This document shows positions 9,365 through 17,284 of a DNA stretch of 32,409 nt, piece by piece. Source of the DNA: Candidatus Micrarchaeota archaeon. Its GTDB lineage: Archaea > Micrarchaeota > Micrarchaeia > Micrarchaeales > CABMGC01. The stretch lies in contig JAJZIZ010000001.1 in the NCBI GenBank assembly GCA_021846005.1, positions 1 through 32,409 on the forward strand, written 5' to 3'. The position numbers were made by a program, and so were the translations under genes. The notes under the pieces were generated by a model, which searched no databases, was not told the origin of the DNA, and was given only the letters and a program-made list of their open reading frames with translations. Position 1 is the stretch's first letter, and each line of letters opens with the position of its first letter.

Positions 9365-9384
9365 CCCACCTCTTTAAGGGTGGG
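9365..9384 (+). repeat. hairpin CCCACC-tctttaag-GGTGGG upstream of the second TnpB relic (candidate IS605-type left-end structure)
   Basis: A perfect 6-bp GC-rich stem lies 57 nt upstream of the tnpB ATG. IS200/IS605 ends carry subterminal hairpins. Confidence 0.3.
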
Positions 9385-9440
9385 ATATAAGCCGCCACCG
9401 CAACACATACAACTCCTAATGGAATAATAAACATGGTCAA

Positions 9441-10079
9441 ATGCAAACAGCATACAAATATCGTGCATATCCTTCAAAGAACATGCAATCCATCCTCAAC
9501 AGGCAGATGTTCCTTGCAAAAGAACTCTACAACATTCTTCTTGAAAAGTCAAAGGCGTATCATAAGGAAACAGGAAAGACACTGACAGAATACAGGATGA
9601 ATGTCTGGATAACGCAACCCAAGAATGAGAATCCGGAATTTGCAGAACTATATTCGCAGGTTCTTCAGAACGTATCAACAAGAATATCGGAGGCATACAG
9701 GCATTTCTTCAGGCGATGCAGGGAAAAGAAGAAAGGCAGTAATGTCAGGCCCGGATTCCCAAGATACAAGAAGTTTGTATCGTCTTTGACATATCCCCAA
9801 GCAGGTTTCAAATTAGAAAAGAAGAATATCGAACTTTCAAAGATAGGCAAAATCAATTTCGCAAATCACAGGAACATTGAAGGAAAGGCAAAGACCTGCA
9901 CCATAAAGAAAACCAAGTCAAAAGAATGGTATATAACGCTTTCAGTTGAAAAGGAAGATAAGCAATTCACGTCTAACGGAAAGGTACAGGCTGGCATAGA
10001 CTTAGGGATAGTGCCTTTGCCCTGGCGCAGGCAATTCATCATGCAACACTCGTGTGCAGGAAGATCAGATGCCGAATAA
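9441..10079 (+). pseudogene. tnpB: TnpB (IS200/IS605 OrfB family) N-terminal relic, truncated just after RuvC-I
   Basis: QTAYKYRAYPS start motif and a WED/REC-like region (FPRYKK, KIGKINF), ending at GIDLGI (RuvC-I Asp). After that the frame degenerates. RuvC-II, the zinc finger and RuvC-III are absent. K-rich frameshifted remnants possibly continue to ~10200. Confidence 0.75.
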
Positions 10080-10257
10080 GAAAACCAAAAAATCTGTAAA
10101 AACAGCAAAACCGGCAAAACAAAGAGATCAAATGCCGCAAAAGAGCTTCAGCTCTCCGCGGAAATCCTCATATCCAAAGAATGCAAAATCCTCTTATTTA
10201 CTCTCTGCGGGTCCTGAACTGCAGGAAGGCAGCACTCTTACTGGGTCATTTGAAGAC

Positions 10258-11148
10258 ATGGAGGGACTCCTCCTCGGGTGGTTCTCTTCAAAAGGCAACG
10301 CCAAGGCCGTTCCAAAGCTTCTCCTGCCGGATTCTTTCTATTGTTCGACTCCTGTCCTATCTGAATTTTCACAAAAGTATGGGTTCCACATAGGCGAAAG
10401 GGCATTCTCCATTTCAAGAGGCAAAGGCATAGGCATGCTTCTCAACCTGCTTGAGTCGTCAGGCCTCGGAAAGCTTCTGTACATGCCTTCCATTGACAGG
10501 GTCATAATTCGTTCTGCTGCAAGCCAAAGCACAAAGCTCCGGCTGGGCTTCAATGTGCATGCTTATGAAGCAGGCATAATTGCAGGATTTCTAAGTTCAC
10601 ATGCATCAAAGAATATAACTGCCGCTGAGGTTTCATGCGTCTACAACGGCTCTGACGCATGCCAGTTTGTCTCGATTGTTACTGAGGGGGAACCGTCAGC
10701 CGGGAATCAGAGGAAGCCTAATCTGGGCACCAAATTCATTCGAGAGTCTGTGAAAATATCTGGGGCACAAGATAAAACCGAAGGGGAGATACATTTTACA
10801 ATGCTCGGCATGCTTCCGTTTATAGCCGAAGCCCCGCTGGAAAGCGCTTCGAAGCTGATGTTTCTTGCAGGAATTGAAGCTGCGGCAGGCTACAAGGAGA
10901 ACTATCAGGAAGGACTGCGCAGGATGGCATCCTTTCTCTGCATGGACATAGCTGGCATGGGAAGAAAAGGCACTAAAAGGGAGGTGTCTATACACTTCGG
11001 CGCTGAGGTATCGTCAAGCGGATTCATGGAACTGGGCACAAAGGCATTTATAGGCTTTCTTAGTAAACATTTTAATTCTTCTGTAACATTAAGTAAACGC
11101 AAGGCAAAGGAAGGGCATGTCATTGCAATGACTTTTGAAGGTGTATGA
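10258..11148 (+). CDS. V4R-domain protein (probably two V4R-like modules)
   Basis: HAYEAGIIAGFLSSHASKNITAAEVSCVYNGSDACQFV fits the V4R pattern (aG.laG..., E..C...G...C.F). ATG 10258 is preferred because the 5' extension to 10054 looks like decayed TnpB sequence. Confidence 0.55.
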   Translation: MEGLLLGWFSSKGNAKAVPKLLLPDSFYCSTPVLSEFSQKYGFHIGERAFSISRGKGIGMLLNLLESSGLGKLLYMPSIDRVIIRSAASQSTKLRLGFNVHAYEAGIIAGFLSSHASKNITAAEVSCVYNGSDACQFVSIVTEGEPSAGNQRKPNLGTKFIRESVKISGAQDKTEGEIHFTMLGMLPFIAEAPLESASKLMFLAGIEAAAGYKENYQEGLRRMASFLCMDIAGMGRKGTKREVSIHFGAEVSSSGFMELGTKAFIGFLSKHFNSSVTLSKRKAKEGHVIAMTFEGV

Positions 11149-12582
11149 TTGGGAATTGAATTTTTGGACCCGTTGCTAAAATACGTTCCAGGCATACGCA
11201 AGCCCTCGAAGCCTCTGACATTCAAGGACAAGCTCAAGTGGACCGGCATAATAATGGCCATCTACTTCATAATGTTCGCGACTCCAGCATTCGGAGTCAG
11301 GATATCTTCTCTTCAGAACCCAACCCTGCAAATAATCAATATCATATTTGCGGCAAGGCTCGGTTCGCTTATAACTGTGGGAATAGGTCCAATAGTATTG
11401 GCAAGCATAGTCCTGCAATTGCTTAACGGCGCGGGCGTCATAAAAATAGACATGCAGAATCCTGAGGACAAAGGCCGTTTCCAGGCGATACAGAAGCTTG
11501 CGGCAATCGGCATAGCAGTAGTCGAATCGATAATATTCGCATCTACGGGCAGCATACAGGCAATAGGCCCTTCCTACTTCTGGATAATAGTCGCGCAGTT
11601 CATATTAGGCGCAGTCATAGTCGTCTATCTTGACGAGACAATGGTGAAATACGGAATAACATCGGGAATAAACCTTTTCATAGCAGGAGGAGTTGCATAT
11701 TCGATAATAGGCGGCACGTTCAACATACTGCTTCCTCTCGCGGCGACGCAGCTTGCTTCAGGCACTGCTACCGCAATACCGCAAGCCATACTCGCATTCC
11801 TGCCCCTTCTTTTCACTGTGGTTGTTTTCCTGATAAGCCTTTATGTGCTGGAGATGAAGATAGAGCTGCCCATGGTATTCAGCCAATTCCGTGGAATTGG
11901 AGGAAGGCTGCCAATACCATTCCTGTATGTCAGCGTTTTGCCTGTCATACTCGCCACCTCACTGCTGTACAGTCTTGGGGTATGGATGATGCCTCTCTCG
12001 CACAGCACTTCAAGCGTAGTGCAATTCATAGCCTATTATACAAACCAGACAGGCACCGAACAGATAACCGGCGGCCTTGTATACCTCATGCAGCCTAACT
12101 TCCCCACTCCTTATACTGGCGGCTATGGAACGTACATCTACCAGTTGCAGACGAGCTGGTCGCCATTGCAGCTTCCTATGGGCGGTCCTCCGATCGAGGT
12201 ACCTCTCTGGATACACTTTATAATATATCTTCTGATAACCGTCATACTCTGTGTAGTCTTCGGAAAGTTCTGGGTTGAGATGACAGGCCAAAGCCCAAAG
12301 AACATGGCCGAGCAACTCCAGGATGTCGGATGGCAGATACCAGGCTTCAGAAGGGACCCGCGAACAATAGAAGGCATACTCAACAATTATCTGCCTGTCA
12401 TAACCGTTCTAGGCAGCATCTTTGTAGGGATCCTTGCGGCTTTCGCAACCATAAGCGGAGCAATAGGAGGAGGCCTAGGAGTCCTGCTTACTGCGGGAAT
12501 CATGTATGCGATATACCAGCAGATAGAGCAGGAGAATCTCATGGAGAGCTACCCTGCGCTTAACAAGTTCTTCGAGAAATAG
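11149..12582 (+). CDS. secY: preprotein translocase subunit SecY
   Basis: 477 aa with 10 predicted TM helices. The archaeal SecY/Sec61alpha N-terminus (LLKYVPGIRKP..PLTFKDKLKWT) is present. The TTG start directly abuts the upstream stop. Confidence 0.9.
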   Translation: MGIEFLDPLLKYVPGIRKPSKPLTFKDKLKWTGIIMAIYFIMFATPAFGVRISSLQNPTLQIINIIFAARLGSLITVGIGPIVLASIVLQLLNGAGVIKIDMQNPEDKGRFQAIQKLAAIGIAVVESIIFASTGSIQAIGPSYFWIIVAQFILGAVIVVYLDETMVKYGITSGINLFIAGGVAYSIIGGTFNILLPLAATQLASGTATAIPQAILAFLPLLFTVVVFLISLYVLEMKIELPMVFSQFRGIGGRLPIPFLYVSVLPVILATSLLYSLGVWMMPLSHSTSSVVQFIAYYTNQTGTEQITGGLVYLMQPNFPTPYTGGYGTYIYQLQTSWSPLQLPMGGPPIEVPLWIHFIIYLLITVILCVVFGKFWVEMTGQSPKNMAEQLQDVGWQIPGFRRDPRTIEGILNNYLPVITVLGSIFVGILAAFATISGAIGGGLGVLLTAGIMYAIYQQIEQENLMESYPALNKFFEK

Positions 12583-12648
12583 CAGCGATTCGCACCTGTA
12601 TTTGCCGGCGTGCGGCTCTCCTGCTGTTTTGCTTTGTCAGATGGCCTT

Positions 12649-13065
12649 TCAGCTGACCCATTGGCCAAACGGCTTAATGAAACTTAGTATATTAGGTATC
12701 AGATAAGAAGAAACTTCAGGTATCTGGCCGGTAAATTGGATCCTGACGATCACATATCCTATCATTATAAGGACGCCTCCCTTCCTGAGCAGATCCTCAT
12801 TCTTTTTTATGTCCTCTATAATCCTCATTATTACCGGACGGATATCCTCTCTTATGGAATACTCGTGTATTCTGCCGCGCACCTTCTTCTCAACTATTCT
12901 GGAATTCATGAGGAGATTAAGGCTGTGTGATATATTGGTCTGCTCAATCCTGGTGGTCTGCGATATCTTTCCAACTGAAAGAGGCCCATAAGAAATAGCA
13001 TGGAGTATCTCTGCCCTGGTTTTGCTGCCTATCACTTCAAACAGGCTGCCTTTCAACTTTTTCAT
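12649..13065 (-). CDS. ArsR-family HTH regulator with a C-terminal hydrophobic segment
   Basis: SKTRAEILHAISYGPLSVGKISQTTRIEQTNISHSLNLLMNSRIVEK is a typical ArsR/SmtB winged helix. ATG at 13065 (MKKLKGS) is preferred over 13122. Confidence 0.75.
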   Translation of the reverse strand: MKKLKGSLFEVIGSKTRAEILHAISYGPLSVGKISQTTRIEQTNISHSLNLLMNSRIVEKKVRGRIHEYSIREDIRPVIMRIIEDIKKNEDLLRKGGVLIMIGYVIVRIQFTGQIPEVSSYLIPNILSFIKPFGQWVS

Positions 13066-13145
13066 AAGACCCTCTGTGAGAAGCCTCAGAAATATATTAT
13101 GGAAACCAAATTCTATAAACATTTGGTATATTGTGAAATATCTTC

Positions 13146-13164
13146 ATATGAATTTTAATCATAT
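13146..13164. promoter_or_regulatory. inverted repeat ATATGA-n7-TCATAT in the ArsR/DUF1059 divergent intergenic region (candidate operator)
   Basis: Seen directly in sequence, between the divergent starts at 13065 and 13198. Confidence 0.25.
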
Positions 13165-13197
13165 ATAATTAAATAATTTTCTTACCTATCTCAGTTT

Positions 13198-13380
13198 GTG
13201 AAAGACATGACAAGTTATAAAATATCTGCAAGAAAGTTGGGAAAGGAATGCGACTTTCAGGCAGAAGCGCCTACAAGTGAAGAGGCCGTGAGGAAAGCAG
13301 TGGAGCACGCAAAGGCATGCAACGTCTGCAGCGATCTAAAAGAAGAGCAAGTAAAGGCAAACGTAGAAGCAGTAGAATAA
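13198..13380 (+). CDS. DUF1059-like small protein
   Basis: CDFQAEAPTSEEAVRKAVEHAKA matches the DUF1059 core pattern (C.f.a.g.teeEv......H....H). 57-60 aa; an alternative ATG lies at 13207. Confidence 0.65.
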   Translation: MKDMTSYKISARKLGKECDFQAEAPTSEEAVRKAVEHAKACNVCSDLKEEQVKANVEAVE

Positions 13381-13398
13381 ACAAGCGAAGATTCTGGA

Positions 13399-13420
13399 TT
13401 TTATTTTTTATTTTTTTTCT
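13399..13420 (+). terminator. T-tract archaeal-type terminator after the DUF1059 gene
   Basis: The sequence ttttattttttattttttttct lies immediately downstream of the stop. Confidence 0.4.
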
Positions 13421-13745
13421 ATTATAAGAACTCAAATTGACGCTTCAGGTTCAGGAAATCTCTGCCTCCGGCCAGCACCAATATCTGCGAGAAATTCATT
13501 CATGGCATCGCGGCATGCGGCATCATCGTATGTATTGCGTATTTTGCTTTGATCCCAACTGTACCTGAAAACAGCATAAGAGATATATAAACATGCACTA
13601 CAATTCAAACATGGATCACAGCCCATATTGCAAATACATTATAACCTGTACTGGAATGGGATTGTGCCGCAAAAACGCCGCACATGCCAGCCGTATCAGT
13701 ATGTATTATGCTGGGAATACATTTACGCGGAATTGACAAGCTGGT

Positions 13746-15023
13746 TTGACTATGGCCGTAGGATTATCATCAGGAACTGAAGTCGACTTACTTCTGGTCG
13801 TCATATCCTTTATCATAATATTGGGATACCTGAGCGAAGTAGTATTCAAGAAGACAAGGATACCTGAAGTGATGATACTTCTTCTAATAGGGCTTGTGCT
13901 TTCGCAGAGCCACCTCCTGCCGCCAACCTATATAAGTACCCTAAGAAGCCTGACGCCTCTTTTTGGTAGCATAGCGCTGATAACCATAATGTTTGACGGA
14001 GGCAAGATCATAAAGCTTGACAAGTCACTGCCAAGCGGCCTTGGGTATCTTCTCGCATTTCTAGACACCGCATTGCCTGCAGTTGCCATGGCAGTGATAA
14101 TGTACCTTGTATTCCACTGGCAGCTCATCTACGGTGCAATACTGGGCACCATGCTTGGCGAGACCTCTGCAATTATGATTGCGCCGATGATAAAGAGGCT
14201 CAACATAAGCTCAAAGATATATGACACCCTGCTTGTAGAGGCTACATTCAACTCCGTCTTTTCCATATTGATATTCTATCTTTTGCTGTCATCCATTGGC
14301 GGGGCGACATTCACACTTGTAAGTTATGTGCAATACACCATAACCTACATCAGCGTGGCGGTGCTTATCGGCATTCTGGGAGGTATCGGGTGGCTATTCG
14401 TCCAGAACTTTTCCAAAGGTGCAAGGGGCTATATTGCTACCATCGCAATCGCATTTCTGCTTTATGCCTTTGTATCTTTCTTCAATGGCGCAGCAGTAAT
14501 AACTGTCCTCATATATGCCATAATAATAGGAAATTCAAAGATATTCAACGACTACTTCAAATTCAATAAGAACACCGAAGAGCAGACAACTGACGTGGAG
14601 GATCAGATAGAATTTCTGGTCAGGACATTCTTCTTCGTACTGCTGGGTGTGATAGCCTATGTGTCCTTATACTACTTTATCTTTGCAGCTGCTATAACAG
14701 GCATCCTCATAATACTCAGGAAGCTTGAAATAGCCACTGCCATGAGAAAACTAAACTCAAAATACAAAGATCTTGCCTTTAGCCTAATACCCCGTGGCCT
14801 TACTGCGGCCGTGCTGAGCAGTATATATCTCTCTACTGGAGACGCGTACTCCCAAAACATATTTTACATAGTATTCATGGTCATACTGCTTACCAATGTC
14901 GTTTTCAGCGTAGTTGCAAGCAGAGCCTCAAAGCGCATAGAACGTACTGAGAATCAGGACGCACAGGTCCAGAGTTCTGGAAATGCCGCCCTTCCTTCAA
15001 AACCAGGGATGACTGCAGCATAA
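13746..15023 (+). CDS. cation:proton (Na+/H+) antiporter, CPA family
   Basis: 425 aa with about 11-12 TM helices and a typical Na_H_exchanger layout. An alternative ATG lies at 13752. Confidence 0.8.
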   Translation: MTMAVGLSSGTEVDLLLVVISFIIILGYLSEVVFKKTRIPEVMILLLIGLVLSQSHLLPPTYISTLRSLTPLFGSIALITIMFDGGKIIKLDKSLPSGLGYLLAFLDTALPAVAMAVIMYLVFHWQLIYGAILGTMLGETSAIMIAPMIKRLNISSKIYDTLLVEATFNSVFSILIFYLLLSSIGGATFTLVSYVQYTITYISVAVLIGILGGIGWLFVQNFSKGARGYIATIAIAFLLYAFVSFFNGAAVITVLIYAIIIGNSKIFNDYFKFNKNTEEQTTDVEDQIEFLVRTFFFVLLGVIAYVSLYYFIFAAAITGILIILRKLEIATAMRKLNSKYKDLAFSLIPRGLTAAVLSSIYLSTGDAYSQNIFYIVFMVILLTNVVFSVVASRASKRIERTENQDAQVQSSGNAALPSKPGMTAA

Positions 15024-15036
15024 GCCAGACTGTGGA

Positions 15037-15459
15037 TTATTTGCCAAGGCTGTCAAGCAGAATGTTTATTGATTTGTCAACTTCTTTTATGTGGGGATTT
15101 TCCCTCCTGACGTTGTTGAATTCGCATTTCATGAATTTCTTTGAAAGCTCCACTGCCTTCTTGCATAGTTTTCTAAGCCCTTCTTCCTTGACGCGGTATT
15201 TTCCGTTTATCTGCCTCACTACAAGTTCGCTGTCCGAATAAAGCCTGACTGACGTTTTATATCCGAAATCCCTGCCTGTTCTTTCCAATGCCGATATTAT
15301 GGCTATATATTCGGCTTCGTTATTCGTCCTGATTCCATTATATAGGGCATCGTGCGCAAGCAGGTTTTCTTCCTTGCCGTCAAATATCATATATCCGGAG
15401 GCGCTCTCTCCCGGATTCTTCCTGGAAGCCCCATCCGTGTATATAACCACATCCATCAA
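15037..15459 (-). CDS. rnhA: ribonuclease HI (type 1 RNase H)
   Basis: The DEDD motif series is present: YTDGAS, NNEAEYIA and YSDSELVV. 140 aa. Confidence 0.85.
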   Translation of the reverse strand: MMDVVIYTDGASRKNPGESASGYMIFDGKEENLLAHDALYNGIRTNNEAEYIAIISALERTGRDFGYKTSVRLYSDSELVVRQINGKYRVKEEGLRKLCKKAVELSKKFMKCEFNNVRRENPHIKEVDKSINILLDSLGK

Positions 15460-15465
15460 AGACCA

Positions 15466-16326
15466 CTAACTATCCAATGCGTCTCCTATTGTATACGCAA
15501 TCTTTTCAGTCCTGTGCTTTTCCTCTCCGCCCGGAGTCTTATCTATCCTGGCCAATTCCCGCAACGCTTTCTTTATTTCCAAAAGCCTTTCATGGTATTC
15601 ATCATATTCTATCGATATCTTTTTTTCCGGAATCCCCAGCTGCTCGCTTGCAAACGAAACCATCGACCTGTAGATATTTTTTGTTATATTCTTCAAAAGC
15701 CTGCTATCTGCTTCGAATACCTCTGATATGCCATATGTGTTGGAGTCGTCTATCTTTATTTTGACTACAGCCCTTCCCAGTTTTTCCGCAGTTTCTTCAA
15801 CTGCATCATTCACCTCATCAAGATATCCATCTATCTCCCCAATGGTATCATTGCCGAGCCATTTTGACAGCTCTCTCATTTCCGCAAAGAGTATGAGGTT
15901 GAGATTATTTGCCTCTGTAATTGCCTTTTCTTTGGCCAATGTTTCATCAAGCTTTTTTCTTATTTCAGACGCCTTTTCCATCACGAATGTCTCTATTGCC
16001 GTCTCTTTCACTACTTCTGGAATCTCAAAGTCACTCTTTTCGCCAGCGGCTTTTTCTATTTTCCCAGATATATCCTCAAATCCGGCCTCCATGGCTATTC
16101 TTGCCGCGGTCTTTCCTAAATTATCCCTTATGCCGGGATCGGCGCCGTTCTCAAGAAGAAGCGTAACACTATCCGTCCTTCCCATTCTTGCGGCAAGCAT
16201 CAATGGGGTATAGCCTCTATCGTCCTGGTTGTTCACCCCTGCTCCTTCCTTTATCCATTTTGCTATTCCTTCAAGGTCTCCTGAAGCGGCAGCGTAAAGA
16301 AGATTGTCAAACTCATAATTTTCCAT
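15466..16326 (-). CDS. ankyrin-repeat protein with an uncharacterised helical C-terminal domain
   Basis: The N-terminus has about 3 ankyrin repeats (GYTPLMLAARMGRTDSVTLLLENGADP...). The C-terminal ~190 aa show no recognisable motif. Its stop is 6 nt upstream of the rnhA start. Confidence 0.7.
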   Translation of the reverse strand: MENYEFDNLLYAAASGDLEGIAKWIKEGAGVNNQDDRGYTPLMLAARMGRTDSVTLLLENGADPGIRDNLGKTAARIAMEAGFEDISGKIEKAAGEKSDFEIPEVVKETAIETFVMEKASEIRKKLDETLAKEKAITEANNLNLILFAEMRELSKWLGNDTIGEIDGYLDEVNDAVEETAEKLGRAVVKIKIDDSNTYGISEVFEADSRLLKNITKNIYRSMVSFASEQLGIPEKKISIEYDEYHERLLEIKKALRELARIDKTPGGEEKHRTEKIAYTIGDALDS

Positions 16327-16534
16327 ATCCAGAATCCATTATAAAGTTAGCATACATTCTCAAATATCCATATGCGGCTGCCGGCGCTGATTTGTTCTGT
16401 ATATATGACAAATTCCTCCGATCTGGCAGCAGCCCTATATTTTAATCTGGGACTGTTTATAATGCCTCTACATCTTCCAATGCACTTCGGCCTCAAATCC
16501 CATATTCTGCCAAAGCACGCAATTTTTCACGTGC

Positions 16535-17284
16535 TCAGTATTCCTTGCTTTTAAGGTCTTCTATCTTGCCAAAATCAAGAGTCTCTCCTTCGCCTATGCA
16601 GTAGGCCTCCATGCTGTTTACATCAAGCATCTTCCTGAATACGGGAGCCATTGATGAAGGGTCTTCCATATTGACTCCGACCCCTTCCGAGAAATAATTC
16701 ATTGCAGGAACCACCACTATCTTTCTGTTGTCCTTCATCCTGCCATAAAGGAAGCATTTCAGTTTCTCCCTCACGCCAAGGCCGTTGAATAATGTTATTG
16801 CAGGATGTATGTGTCCCATGACCAAGACCTTCCCTTCGCTGCTTTTTGGAAGTTCTTCACCGTGGAAAAATAGAAAATCGCCGATAAGCGCCTCCTGGCT
16901 GAAAACCTTTACTCCAAGCGGTCTTTTGTATTGGTCTATGAAATTGTCGTGATTCCCTTTTATGAGGATTATCTCCTTTATCCCAAGGTCTTCCCTTATG
17001 TAATTGACAAAATCCCTGAACTCATTGAACTCTTCAATGTGAACTTTGGAAAATTCGTTCTTTATGTCTCCGTCTACTATTATTTTTGACGCTTTTGTCG
17101 CATTGGCTGCCTTGGTTATTATTTTCTTTATGTTATTGAGATTGGCCTTAGGGAGGAAATGTCCTTTGTCTGCCATGACCCCTTCATACCCTAAATGGAG
17201 GTCAGTGCAGACTATTGCCGAAAGCGACTTTATGTAAAGTACCGGTAGCCCTTCGACAATCTCTAATCCTTCTGGGAGTTTCAT
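16535..17284 (-). CDS. metallophosphoesterase (Lhr-associated MPE / SbcD-related archaeal family)
   Basis: Calcineurin-like motifs DLHLGYE, DGDIKNEF, GNHD and GHIH. ATGA overlap with the upstream Lhr stop. Confidence 0.8.
   Translation of the reverse strand: MKLPEGLEIVEGLPVLYIKSLSAIVCTDLHLGYEGVMADKGHFLPKANLNNIKKIITKAANATKASKIIVDGDIKNEFSKVHIEEFNEFRDFVNYIREDLGIKEIILIKGNHDNFIDQYKRPLGVKVFSQEALIGDFLFFHGEELPKSSEGKVLVMGHIHPAITLFNGLGVREKLKCFLYGRMKDNRKIVVVPAMNYFSEGVGVNMEDPSSMAPVFRKMLDVNSMEAYCIGEGETLDFGKIEDLKSKEY

Noticed and set aside
10054-10257. N-terminal Lys-rich extension of the V4R ORF.
   Set aside because: It overlaps the end of the TnpB relic ORF and resembles frameshifted TnpB linker sequence. 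ATG 10258 gives a protein that begins just before the V4R-like fold.
16327-16534. 208-nt gap between the MPE stop and the ankyrin gene start, including + ORF 16372-16554.
   Set aside because: The ORF lacks signals and overlaps the MPE 3' end. I found no convincing structure or sORF. It probably holds only the terminator and promoter space for the ankyrin-rnhA unit.
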